DNA of 64,000 nucleotides, taken from assembly GCA_902385225.1 (NCBI GenBank), contig CABMEU010000029.1, positions 41,065-105,064 on the forward strand. The letters run 5' to 3'. The notes under the pieces are model-generated. The model was not told the DNA's origin and searched no databases. It worked only from the letters and a program-made list of their open reading frames with translations. Below, piece after piece: positions 29,369 to 38,819 of the stretch. Within the stretch, counting starts at the first letter, position 1, and the number at the start of each line of letters is the position of its first letter. The stretch is from an uncultured archaeon (GTDB taxonomy: Archaea > Iainarchaeota > Iainarchaeia > Iainarchaeales > JAAZKV01). Both the position numbers and the translations under genes were made by a program.

Positions 29369-32032
29369 ATGGATAATAAGAGCGGCTCGTTTTGGCTTGA
29401 GGTTGAGAAGAAGTGGCAGACTGCGTGGGAGAAAGAGAATATCTTTGAGGCAAAAGAGGATTCAAAGAAAAAAAAGTGCTATGTTCTAGAAATGTATCCC
29501 TACCCCAGCGCGAGCTTCCTCCACATGGGGCATGTAAGAAATTATGTTCTTGGGGATGTTTTTGCGAGATTCAAAAGAATGAGTAATTTTAGTGTTCTTT
29601 ACCCGATGGGTTATGACTCATTCGGTCTTCCTGCAGAAACCGCTGCGAAAAAAGAAGGGATTCATCCGAAGGTATACACTGAGCAGGCGATGGCAAAAAT
29701 AATGGGCTACCAAAAAGCGCTTGGGAATAGTTATGACTGGAATAGAACGCTTTCAAGTCATGAACCGGATTACTATAAGTGGAATCAGTTCTTTTTTATC
29801 AAAATGCTTGAAAATGGATTGGCATATAGAAAGAAAGCTCCTGTTAATTGGTGTGAAACATGCCAATCAGTTCTCGCGAATGAGGAAGCCGAAGGGGGCA
29901 AGTGCTGGAGATGCGGAAACGAAGTAATAAAGAGGGACATGGAGCAGTGGTTTTTGAAAATCACTGATTATGCTGACAGATTGCTTTCGGATTTGGATAA
30001 AATTGAGTGGCCCGAAAGAATCAAAACAATGCAGAGGAATTGGATTAACCGAAAAGAATGGATTGATATTGACTACAAAATTGACGGGGCTGATGAATCA
30101 ATCACCGTTTCAACTACAAGACCTGACACAAATTTTGGAGCGACTTTTGTTGTAATGGCCCCAGAGCATCCGCTCCTTTCAAGAGAAAAAAATCTTGTTC
30201 CTGCAGATAAGAGAAAAGCGGTTGATGATTACATTAAAATGGCATTGAAAAAAACTGATGAGGAAAGAATCGCGGAGGGAATGAAAAAAACTGGAGTATT
30301 CACGGGGCTTTATTGTGTGAACCAGTTGACAAAAAAGAAAATGCCTATTTGGGTAACTGATTTTGTTTTGCTAAATGTTGGGACAGGTGCGGTTGTGGGG
30401 GTTCCCGGGCACGATATTAGGGACTTTGAGTTCGCGAAAGAATTTGGTCTTCCTGTAATTAGAGTTGTTGTTGGAAAGGATGGGAATAAATCAGAAATAA
30501 CAAAAAAAGAACAGGTGCAGGAAGAAGAAGGAATAATGATTAATTCCGGATTCCTTGACGGAATGGATATTCACGCCGCTACAAAAAAAGTAATGGATTA
30601 TCTTGAAGAAAAAGGATTGGGAAGAAGAACAATCAGATACAAAATTAGAGACTGGATGATTTCCCGCCAGCGTTACTGGGGCACTCCAATTCCTGTTGTT
30701 TATTGTGATAAGTGCGGGGTTGTTTCGGTTCCTGAGAAAGAGCTTCCTGTTCTGCTTCCTGAGAAAGTTAATTTCAAGGTTACAGGTAATCCTCTTGCGA
30801 CAAGCGAAGAGTTTGTTAATACAAAGTGCCCGAAGTGCAAGGGAAAAGCAAGAAGAGAAACTGATACAATGGGCGGTTTCGTTGATTCATCATGGTACTT
30901 CCTAAGATACTGCGATAATAAAAATAAAACAAAGCCGTTTGATGATAAGAGAGTAAATTACTGGATGCCTGTTGACCAGTACATTGGCGGGGCGGAGCAT
31001 GCCGTAATGCACTTAATTTACGCGAGGTTTTTTGTTAAAGTGCTAAAGGATTTTGGGTTTGTTAAGTTTGATGAGCCCTTCCAAAAACTCTTTAATCAGG
31101 GAATTGTTTACAAAGATGGCGCGAAGATGTCAAAGTCAAAGGGAAATGTTGTTTTCCAAACAGATATTTCCGCAAAGTATGGAATTGATACGGCGAGATT
31201 GTTTTTGATGTTTGTTTCTTCTCCTGATAAACAAATGGAGTGGAGTGATGAGGGAATTGACGGCTCAAGCAGAATAATTAACCGATTCTTCAGGGTTGCC
31301 CAGAAAGTTAAACCCACAAAAGCGGATAAGAAAACAATTAGCAAATTAAATATGACCATTAAGGAAGCCGGAAAGAATATTGAAACATTTGACTATCCTA
31401 AAACAATTATCGCGATTTCGGATTTCTTAAACTATTTAGATTCGCTTGAGGAAGTTCCAAAGGAAGCGTTTGAATCGCTTTTGAAAATAGTTTCTCCGTT
31501 TTGCCCGCACATGGCGGAAGAGATTTGGCACGACTTGGGAAACAAATCATTTGTTTCAATCGCACAGTGGCCTTTGTTTGATGAGAAATTAATTGATACG
31601 CAGTTTGAGAAAATTGATTCGGTGATTGACTCTCTTCGCTCTGATATTATTAGAGTAAAACAACTCGCAAAGCTTGAGAAGGTTTCAAAAGTAAAATTAT
31701 TTGTTGCTCCTGAATGGAAATGGAAAGCTCTTGGAATTGTTCAAGTTGCGTGCAAGGAGCGCCCTGATTTTGGCGCTGCGATGAAAGCACTTATGAGCGA
31801 TGCTGAAATGAAGAAGCACGGAGCGGAAGTGCCAACTTTCCTAAAAACCGCGATGAATCGCTTGGCTGAGACCAGCGGGCTCGCTAAATTTGATGAGGCT
31901 GGCGTGCTTAATTCCGCAAAACCCGCGCTTGAGAAAGAATTCGGTTTAGTTGAAATAATTAAAGCAGAGGATTCAAAGGAAGTTAAAGCAAAGAACGCAT
32001 TCCCTGGGAAACCTGCGTTATTGATTGAGTAA
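29369..32032 (+). CDS. leuS: Leucine--tRNA ligase (bacterial-type core)
   Basis: MYPYPS..LHMGH, TTRPDT editing domain, SRQRYWGTPIP, KMSKS; start placed at MDNKS. Confidence 0.96.
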   Translation: MDNKSGSFWLEVEKKWQTAWEKENIFEAKEDSKKKKCYVLEMYPYPSASFLHMGHVRNYVLGDVFARFKRMSNFSVLYPMGYDSFGLPAETAAKKEGIHPKVYTEQAMAKIMGYQKALGNSYDWNRTLSSHEPDYYKWNQFFFIKMLENGLAYRKKAPVNWCETCQSVLANEEAEGGKCWRCGNEVIKRDMEQWFLKITDYADRLLSDLDKIEWPERIKTMQRNWINRKEWIDIDYKIDGADESITVSTTRPDTNFGATFVVMAPEHPLLSREKNLVPADKRKAVDDYIKMALKKTDEERIAEGMKKTGVFTGLYCVNQLTKKKMPIWVTDFVLLNVGTGAVVGVPGHDIRDFEFAKEFGLPVIRVVVGKDGNKSEITKKEQVQEEEGIMINSGFLDGMDIHAATKKVMDYLEEKGLGRRTIRYKIRDWMISRQRYWGTPIPVVYCDKCGVVSVPEKELPVLLPEKVNFKVTGNPLATSEEFVNTKCPKCKGKARRETDTMGGFVDSSWYFLRYCDNKNKTKPFDDKRVNYWMPVDQYIGGAEHAVMHLIYARFFVKVLKDFGFVKFDEPFQKLFNQGIVYKDGAKMSKSKGNVVFQTDISAKYGIDTARLFLMFVSSPDKQMEWSDEGIDGSSRIINRFFRVAQKVKPTKADKKTISKLNMTIKEAGKNIETFDYPKTIIAISDFLNYLDSLEEVPKEAFESLLKIVSPFCPHMAEEIWHDLGNKSFVSIAQWPLFDEKLIDTQFEKIDSVIDSLRSDIIRVKQLAKLEKVSKVKLFVAPEWKWKALGIVQVACKERPDFGAAMKALMSDAEMKKHGAEVPTFLKTAMNRLAETSGLAKFDEAGVLNSAKPALEKEFGLVEIIKAEDSKEVKAKNAFPGKPALLIE

Positions 32033-32041
32033 GGAACATTT

Positions 32042-32524
32042 ATGTCTGCAGAATCTGATTCTAAAGTAATTGTTTTTGGCGAACCTCATGAGGGCGAACT
32101 AAAGAGATATAGTGTTTCAGCCGTAATTCAAAGAAAAACAGATGGAAAATTCTTGTTATTAAAGTGGAAGGAATATGACTGGCTTTCTCCGTGTGTTGGC
32201 GGAATTGATGGTGACGAATCTCCTGAAGAAGCCGCGGAGAGGGAAGTGCTTGAGGAAACAGGGTATCATGCTAAGGCGATTAAAAAACTTGGCGGGTTAA
32301 TTGAGTCGCACTTTTTTGCGGAGCATAAGAATCTTTGGAGGCATAGAATCGACCAGCCTGTATTGCTTGAGCTTACTAGCGAAGAAAGAGAATCAGTTTC
32401 TGATGATGAACTAAAAAGGCACGAAGTAATTTGGATTACTCTTGATGAAGCACTTAAGAAAATTACTCATAAGTATAATTGTATTTGTATTTGCCGATAT
32501 TTAGGTCTTGAATGGAAACCTTAA
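32042..32524 (+). CDS. NUDIX hydrolase
   Basis: Nudix box GGIDGDESPEEAAEREVLEETGY. Confidence 0.92.
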   Translation: MSAESDSKVIVFGEPHEGELKRYSVSAVIQRKTDGKFLLLKWKEYDWLSPCVGGIDGDESPEEAAEREVLEETGYHAKAIKKLGGLIESHFFAEHKNLWRHRIDQPVLLELTSEERESVSDDELKRHEVIWITLDEALKKITHKYNCICICRYLGLEWKP

Positions 32525-32530
32525 CTGTCT

Positions 32531-33133
32531 TTAAGTCCTTCTAATTCTCTTTTGTTTTGGAGTCATCCGTTTTTTTGATTTAGCAAGCCCTCTTGCGATT
32601 CGTAATGCCTCAATTTTTTGGCGTTCATTGATTGCCATTCTGCGAAGTCCGGAATAATCTCCCATGTCGCTTGGAGCAAAATATAATATGTTTGATTTTG
32701 GCAGCCCGAGGCGCTGAACCATCGCTTTGGCGTGCTCGGTGTGCATTACAATTACATCCCTGCTTGTGGTTCCTTGAAGCAGTCTCTCCCATTTCTTTTC
32801 GCGCAAGTCCATATTTCTATAGCGGTGATAAGATTCAGACAATGGCCACTTATTATGAAGCAGTTCTTCAGTGAACGGATAACTTGCCCGCTGATGTTTA
32901 CTTATGGTCCTTTTGCTTTTGTCAAGAGGCACAATCTCAACGCCTAATTTGTGCGCCTTATTTGCAAGCAATGCAAAATCACTCAAATCAGAACCCGGTT
33001 CGAAATGACTCATTTCAATGAATAAGCGCTTTTTTCCTTTAATTACCCGTAGAAAATCAGCCATTGCCGCTTCTACTTCCTGGTTAGTGTGCGGCAAAGC
33101 GAACATTATTGGTTTGTTGGGGCGAATTGGCAT
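32531..33133 (-). CDS. Basic orphan protein
   Basis: MPIRPNKP start and KKRMTPKQKRIRRT end. Confidence 0.6.
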   Translation of the reverse strand: MPIRPNKPIMFALPHTNQEVEAAMADFLRVIKGKKRLFIEMSHFEPGSDLSDFALLANKAHKLGVEIVPLDKSKRTISKHQRASYPFTEELLHNKWPLSESYHRYRNMDLREKKWERLLQGTTSRDVIVMHTEHAKAMVQRLGLPKSNILYFAPSDMGDYSGLRRMAINERQKIEALRIARGLAKSKKRMTPKQKRIRRT

Positions 33134-33264
33134 CAAATCACAAACATATACTTAGCCCATTTAATTTAATTGTTTCCTCGGATAATAAATTAAGTTTTTT
33201 CTCTCTTCAAAGCTATCTTTAAATACTTTAAACTCTTTCTACTTCTGACAATTTAAGTGATTTT

Positions 33265-33843
33265 ATGAACCGAATGGAAAAAGAGAAGATTCTTGAGGCG
33301 GCGCTCTTCATGTCGCCAAAGCCCTTGACTCTTGAGGAGCTTAACTCAATTGCGGAGATTAATTCAAGGCTTGAGACAAAAGCCATGATGCAGGAATTAA
33401 TGAGTTTTTATAATTCCAGAAAGAGCGCTCTTGAGATAGCTGAAACCCAAGTCGGTTACCAAATGCGTGTGAAGGAAGAGTATGAGGAAAAAGTACAGCA
33501 CTTCGCGCAAAACTCCATGTTTAACCGAGGAGTAATGAAAACCTTGGCGTTAATTGCATACAAACAGCCGATAAATCAATCCTTAGTTATTCAATTAAGG
33601 AACAATAAGGCGTATGACCACTTGAAGCTTTTGCTTACTGAGGGGTTCATAAAAAAAGAGCCAAAAGGAAGAACATTTTCTCTTTCAACAACAACAAAGT
33701 TCATTGAGTACTTTGGGAAGGATTTTGGTAAATCATCCAAACCGGTTGCCCCAAGCGCGAGCGATTTAAGGTCCTCAATAAACTCAGAAGTGAATAAAGT
33801 GATGGAGCAAAAAGAAGAACAATTTGCTCCAGACAATGAATAA
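33265..33843 (+). CDS. scpB: Segregation and condensation protein B
   Basis: LEAALF, KTLALIAYKQPI, TTKFIEYFG. Confidence 0.93.
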   Translation: MNRMEKEKILEAALFMSPKPLTLEELNSIAEINSRLETKAMMQELMSFYNSRKSALEIAETQVGYQMRVKEEYEEKVQHFAQNSMFNRGVMKTLALIAYKQPINQSLVIQLRNNKAYDHLKLLLTEGFIKKEPKGRTFSLSTTTKFIEYFGKDFGKSSKPVAPSASDLRSSINSEVNKVMEQKEEQFAPDNE

Positions 33844-33852
33844 TTCTTCTGT

Positions 33853-34518
33853 TCAAAACAATTTCTGCTGTTTTGTCCCGATTTCCTCAAGCGCTTTTTG
33901 GCATGTGCTCCAAAATATTCGTGAGAATGGAGGGAGTTTTTTGTGCTCCTCAACATATTCTTTCAAGAATTTTTGTGTCTTTGGGTCGGCAGGGTATCCG
34001 CTTCCAATATCTCCGAATTTTTCCTTAATTGCCTCAATTTCCTCGTCGCGTTTAACTTTTGCGAGTACGCTCGCTGCCCCGACAACAACATAATTTGAAT
34101 CCGCTTTGTTCTCCGCAACAATTTTTGTTTTTGCGTGGGATTTGTTCAAGTATTTTCTAATTCTTTTCTCAAATGCGCCCTTTAGCGCATCAGGCGAATC
34201 AATGTAAATAATTTCTGGTTTCTTTTTGAGTCCATTAATTAATTCCCCAATTTTCATCGCCTCAATTTCGTTGAGCGAGTATTGTGCCATCAAATCATTT
34301 ATTTCAATCGGCTCAATAATGAGAACTTTGTATTCCACGCAGTGCTTCTTGATGTCATCAATTAACGCTTTTCGTTTATTTGGCAAGATTTGCTTTGAGT
34401 CCTTCACTCCGAGCGCTTTGAGTTCCTTCTCGCTCTCTTTCTCCATCACCGTGATTCCAATCGTCATCGGTCCAAACGCGGGTCCTCTTCCCGCTTCATC
34501 AATTCCGGCTATTAACAT
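33853..34518 (-). CDS. rnhB: Ribonuclease HII
   Basis: GIDEAGRGP, DSK, AASVLAKV, GSGYPAD, PIP box QQKLF. Confidence 0.96.
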   Translation of the reverse strand: MLIAGIDEAGRGPAFGPMTIGITVMEKESEKELKALGVKDSKQILPNKRKALIDDIKKHCVEYKVLIIEPIEINDLMAQYSLNEIEAMKIGELINGLKKKPEIIYIDSPDALKGAFEKRIRKYLNKSHAKTKIVAENKADSNYVVVGAASVLAKVKRDEEIEAIKEKFGDIGSGYPADPKTQKFLKEYVEEHKKLPPFSRIFWSTCQKALEEIGTKQQKLF

Positions 34519-34585
34519 AAAACCACTTCAGATGAATTAAGTAAAAAAGGTTATTAAAGAAACTACTACGCTTGTTTGTAATTAA

Positions 34586-34855
34586 TTACTTTTTGTAGTG
34601 GTGCGCAAGCCACTGTTTTTTGAAAAAAGGAAGCGTGAGGGTTGAGAGCAAGAATCCAACCGAAGGAACTATTGCGTTAAGCCAGGGGTTTGGAATATTT
34701 ATTACATTTAAGTAAATCCCAATCGCAAGGTAAGTGAATAGAACAAGCAGTCCTCTGCGGAAGTAACTTACTTCCCACGCTTTATCAGATTCAACGCGCG
34801 AGTTTCTCTCCTCAATTTTCTTTATTCTATTCTCTAGCTGTGTGATTGTAGCCAT
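34586..34855 (-). CDS. Small membrane protein
   Basis: ERNSRVESDKAWEVS followed by two TMs. Confidence 0.7.
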   Translation of the reverse strand: MATITQLENRIKKIEERNSRVESDKAWEVSYFRRGLLVLFTYLAIGIYLNVINIPNPWLNAIVPSVGFLLSTLTLPFFKKQWLAHHYKK

Positions 34856-34868
34856 AAAAAAGCCGACT

Positions 34869-35165
34869 TTACTTGATATCAATTAGTATTTCTTTGATTC
34901 TTGGTCTTTGTCTATCGCATGTCGCGCATGCATCAAGAGCATCAAGGCAAAGAACTTTACCGGCTTTTACTCTCTCAAGTTTCGTGAGTTCAGCGTCTTC
35001 TGCGCGCAGAGCAGTGAAAGCGGCTTTTAATGTTTCAACAGCTTTTTTTGTTGAAATAACAGCCATTTCTTTTTGTGAGTCGCTTGGTCTGAGATTTCGG
35101 TATGTGTGGCAAAGCATGCAATTTCTCTTTGCTGAGTCAAAATAAGCTGATAGTGTGGTTTTCAT
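34869..35165 (-). CDS. Hypothetical protein with CxxCH and CxxC
   Basis: CMLCH and CATC motifs. Confidence 0.6.
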   Translation of the reverse strand: MKTTLSAYFDSAKRNCMLCHTYRNLRPSDSQKEMAVISTKKAVETLKAAFTALRAEDAELTKLERVKAGKVLCLDALDACATCDRQRPRIKEILIDIK

Positions 35166-35235
35166 GACAAATACTAATACATAAAAGAATAAAAAGCATG
35201 GGGGGAGTGAAAAAATGCCTCTTAACCCAAGAAAG

Positions 35236-35275
35236 TGAAAAAAATAAAAAGTACCGGCGAATTACCGCCGGCACT
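35236..35275 (-). terminator. Hairpin plus U-tract terminator downstream of tfb
   Basis: Minus strand AGTGCCGGCG-GTAATT-CGCCGGTACT followed by TTTTATTTTTTT. Confidence 0.7.
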
Positions 35276-35296
35276 CGAATTAGTTTTATTATTGCA

Positions 35297-36214
35297 TTAT
35301 GCAGCAACATCGATTGAGAGTCTCTTCTTGAGTTCTCTGTATCTGTTTCGGATTGTAACTTCTGTTACTCCCGCAACATTTGCAACTTCTTTTTGGGTTC
35401 TTCTTTCTCCCTTCAAGAGTCCTGCGATGTATACAGCAGCAGCCGCAACACCCGTAGGTCCTCTTCCTGAGATGAGTCCCTTCTTTATTGCTTCTTCAAG
35501 TATTCTGCGTCCCTCTTCCTGAACCTCTCCGCTCAAGTTGAGTTCGCTTGCGAATCTTGGGATGTAGTGTATTGGGTTTGTTAGTGGAACTCCCAAATTA
35601 AGTTCTCTTACTAAGAACCTGTATGTTCTCCCAATTTCTTTTTTAGTTAATCCGCTTGCTTCAGCCATTTCGTTTAGAGTTCTTGGAACGTGGTAGGTTC
35701 TGCATACTGTGTATAGTACGGCAGCAACAACCGCTTCAATTAATCTTCCTCTAATGAGCCCCTTCTTTACGGTTTTTCTATAAAGCAAAGCAGCAGCTTC
35801 AACGAGTGTGTCAGGTATATTTAGGTATGACGCAACTCTCCTCATTTCTGTTAGCGCGATTGATAGATTTCTTTGCATTGAGCTTGATACGCTTGCCCTC
35901 TTGTGCCACTTAATTAGGCGGTACATTTGCGCTCTTCCTTTGCTCGAAAGTTTATTTCCACGAAGGTCAGTTCCTCTGCGGTCAATCATTGTAACTAAAC
36001 CCTTGTTTAGCTTTACATACTTCATCGGGCTTCCGCCTCTTGATGAGTCCTCAGAATCCTCAAAGCTTCTCCACTCTTTTCCCGTGTCAATCATTTCTTC
36101 TTCAGACACGATGAGTCCGCAGTTCATGCAAACCGCTTCTCCTTTTCCGTGGTCTACGCGGATTTTTTCGCTACCGCATTCAGGGCATTTTGTTACCAAA
36201 TCTACCGCCTCCAA
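35297..36214 (-). CDS. tfb: Transcription initiation factor IIB
   Basis: CPECGS...CMNCG ribbon, EWRSF, two cyclin repeats, GVTEVTIRNRY. Confidence 0.97.
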   Translation of the reverse strand: MEAVDLVTKCPECGSEKIRVDHGKGEAVCMNCGLIVSEEEMIDTGKEWRSFEDSEDSSRGGSPMKYVKLNKGLVTMIDRRGTDLRGNKLSSKGRAQMYRLIKWHKRASVSSSMQRNLSIALTEMRRVASYLNIPDTLVEAAALLYRKTVKKGLIRGRLIEAVVAAVLYTVCRTYHVPRTLNEMAEASGLTKKEIGRTYRFLVRELNLGVPLTNPIHYIPRFASELNLSGEVQEEGRRILEEAIKKGLISGRGPTGVAAAAVYIAGLLKGERRTQKEVANVAGVTEVTIRNRYRELKKRLSIDVAA

Positions 36215-36435
36215 TATAACGTGTGTTGGGCACCGAGGATTGTTCTACCTTAAAAAATCACAAAACTAGTGCTTAATTATATAAAGGTTCTATGAGGAGG
36301 TTTATAAATGTTTCTCAAAAAGGTAAAAATTGCTATAATTTGGGCTAGGGCGAATTTGAAAGGGTTTAAGGAGTTTTAGCATTTGTTTTTCACTGGCGAG
36401 TTAAGCCTTTTATACTTTGGAAGAAGTGTTTTGTT

Positions 36436-37071
36436 ATGCCTAAACATTCTACTGGCCCTGTTCAACTTTCTTTGAAATTAAGTCCAGGGCAGATTCCTTG
36501 GCGCGGGAGGGGAAATGTGTTTTCTCTTTTTAGATCTTATGGCAAAACGAGGGGTAAAGGAAAGACGATGTGGGTTGCGGCAAAGCAAATATCTAGTTCT
36601 CGCAGGTTTCCCACTTTGGATAAATTTTTGAGAAAACACAAGAGCCAAATCAAAGTCTTTGCCGAGGTTGGCGCCGCAAATGGTAAGGGCGCCCCAATGG
36701 CTTTTGATGCAAGGAACGCACTTGGAAGAAGCGCTAAAGTCTTTGCTGTTGATGTTGTGAAAATGCCAAATTTGTATTTGAATCAGCGGAGAGTTACTCC
36801 AGTTCTTCACGCGATTTCAAGAAAGCCTCTCCCGTTTAAGTGCGATGCAATTCGTCTCACCAATGTTACAATGTATATGTCCGAGAGCGATGTGCGAAGA
36901 TCCATTGTAAATATTTGGAAAAGCCTTAATGAGGGCGGTTTTTTGCTTGGCTCAAATATTAACAAGCTCTTTATTCTAAGGAAAACAAGCACGGGTTTTG
37001 AGGAAGTTTTGGGCTGGAAAAGGGGGCCGACAATGATTCGTCCGGTTCTTCCAGACTTTCTTCATGTGTAA
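36436..37071 (+). CDS. Basic orphan with SAM methyltransferase-like domain
   Basis: AEVGAANG, AVDV, CDAIRLTNV, SLNEGGFL. Confidence 0.6.
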   Translation: MPKHSTGPVQLSLKLSPGQIPWRGRGNVFSLFRSYGKTRGKGKTMWVAAKQISSSRRFPTLDKFLRKHKSQIKVFAEVGAANGKGAPMAFDARNALGRSAKVFAVDVVKMPNLYLNQRRVTPVLHAISRKPLPFKCDAIRLTNVTMYMSESDVRRSIVNIWKSLNEGGFLLGSNINKLFILRKTSTGFEEVLGWKRGPTMIRPVLPDFLHV

Positions 37072-37101
37072 GATTATTTGGTTTGTTGTTTGAATAGAAT
37101 T

Positions 37102-37509
37102 TTATTCAACAAACTCTGCGTTAACAACGCCTTCTTGTCCGGGTCTGTTAGTAACTCTTGCGAGTTTTTCTGCGCCGTCAACTTTTACGCGTATTACTGC
37201 GCCTTTTGTTGATACATTTGATCTTGCGAACAATCTGTTAGCGTCATTAGTTTTAACTGAAACGATTTCGTATTTAGCGATTTTTCCTTTCTTATCAGTA
37301 ACATTAGCGTTCTTTACAAATATAGCTCTAGTTTTGCTTGTATTTCCCATGCCTGCTTTTGCCTCTATTTTATCCTTAGCAACGCTTGTATCAGTTTTAG
37401 TTAGCGCAGCTGCTCCGCCTTTTGCGGATAATTTTCTTGAATTAGCGTTAATAGTATTGCGTCTTCCGCCGCTTGCTTTCTTATCGCTTCTTTCGTGCCA
37501 CTGAACCAT
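37102..37509 (-). CDS. rps8e: 30S ribosomal protein S8e
   Basis: WHERSDKKASGGR, TKGAVI, ARVTNRPGQEGVVNA. Confidence 0.93.
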   Translation of the reverse strand: MVQWHERSDKKASGGRRNTINANSRKLSAKGGAAALTKTDTSVAKDKIEAKAGMGNTSKTRAIFVKNANVTDKKGKIAKYEIVSVKTNDANRLFARSNVSTKGAVIRVKVDGAEKLARVTNRPGQEGVVNAEFVE

Positions 37510-37583
37510 TAATCTCACCAAGTATTAACAAAATCCTGCACGGGCAGGTTTTTAAATGTTTCAAGGAGGGTCAAAAATTGGTT

Positions 37584-38000
37584 TTACCTTTTGCGCTGAG
37601 GGATTTTTAGCTGTGAAGGATTAGTGGAAACCCGTCTCCCAAATAGCCTTCCGTTTGGCTTATATCTTACTTCTTTTCTTGTCACGTTGTGTCTTAATCC
37701 GCCGTAGCGCTCAGTGAGTCTTCTCTTTAATTCGCCTTTTTCGTTGTATATCCTTGTAATTACTGAAGAAGAAAGTAATCCGGTTGGGCTGCGGGTGGTT
37801 GCTCTTGTATGAATATATCCTCCGTCGTGTGTTCCAAATACATCCTCAACGTATCTGCTTCCCAAATTTCGCTTAATTTGAACCTGTCCCCTTTTCTTAA
37901 TAAATGCCATATCTTCCGGCGCAAGCCTTCTTTTTGTGGCTTCCTTTAATTTTCTCTCAACAAATTGGAATGGTTTTAGTAGTGATGATAGAAAGCCCAT
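37584..38000 (-). CDS. Basic orphan protein
   Basis: R/K-rich 138-aa ORF with TTTAAA upstream. Confidence 0.55.
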   Translation of the reverse strand: MGFLSSLLKPFQFVERKLKEATKRRLAPEDMAFIKKRGQVQIKRNLGSRYVEDVFGTHDGGYIHTRATTRSPTGLLSSSVITRIYNEKGELKRRLTERYGGLRHNVTRKEVRYKPNGRLFGRRVSTNPSQLKIPQRKR

Positions 38001-38046
38001 TTTATCAGAATAACAAAGGTGTTTGAAATATTTAAACCGCACTCAC

Positions 38047-38763
38047 TTAGGGCAGTTTTCTAACTGGTTTTGTAATAATAATTACTTCATTTCCAACGAG
38101 CCGGTAATCTTTTGGGCTTATCCCGTTTTGAATTAGCATTGCATTTAATTCTTCTCCGAATCCCAAGTGTGATTTGAGGAAGTGTATTGCTGCAACCCCT
38201 CCCGGTTTTAGCATTGTAATTGCTTTTTCTATTGCGCTTACTGGTGCCTGTCCGTGAATTGCCGGACCATAATGCGAAAAAATAAGGTCATATTTTCCCG
38301 GGACTCTTGTTGTCAAAAAATCCCCCTCAATTATTCTATCAACCGCATCGTGGAATAGGGGGGTTTTTGTCTTCTCTAATTCTTTTGGATTAGGTTTCTT
38401 TAGAATTGTTCCAGTAGTAAATATCCTTCCGCCAAATTCTGCTTTTAGTTCGCTTAGTGCTCTAGCGTTCCCGCAGCCATAATCAAGCACCATTACTTTT
38501 TTGCCGTTTTCTGCTCTGGTCAGTCTTTGCTTTATTTCCTTTCTTATTCTAAAGTTAAGCTGGTTCTCAATAGTGGATAGTGGTGCGCCAAAATAATTCC
38601 AACTACCTTTTCTGTCCTTTTGAAGACTCTCACTTAGTTTCATTCTCCATCTAATGGCTCTTGGATAATCTGGGGGCGTATTAATTGTCTCAACTTGTTT
38701 TCTTGTCCGTTCGGGTTTGTTAAGCGGGCGAAACATTTGCTTTACTGCGCGGCGGTCAATCAT
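38047..38763 (-). CDS. Basic orphan with class I SAM methyltransferase domain
   Basis: MIDRRAVKQMFRP start; LDYGCGNA, YDLIFS, LKPGG. Confidence 0.75.
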   Translation of the reverse strand: MIDRRAVKQMFRPLNKPERTRKQVETINTPPDYPRAIRWRMKLSESLQKDRKGSWNYFGAPLSTIENQLNFRIRKEIKQRLTRAENGKKVMVLDYGCGNARALSELKAEFGGRIFTTGTILKKPNPKELEKTKTPLFHDAVDRIIEGDFLTTRVPGKYDLIFSHYGPAIHGQAPVSAIEKAITMLKPGGVAAIHFLKSHLGFGEELNAMLIQNGISPKDYRLVGNEVIIITKPVRKLP

Positions 38764-38819
38764 ACAAAAGAGTTGTTTGTTGTAGTATAAATTAGTTTTT
38801 GCGGGTTAATTGGCGCAAG

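Noticed and set aside
16704-33843. Wadjet/MksBEF-type defence system from scpA and scpB
   Set aside because: The two genes are about 16 kb apart, look like ordinary archaeal condensin subunits, and have no adjacent SMC or JetD gene
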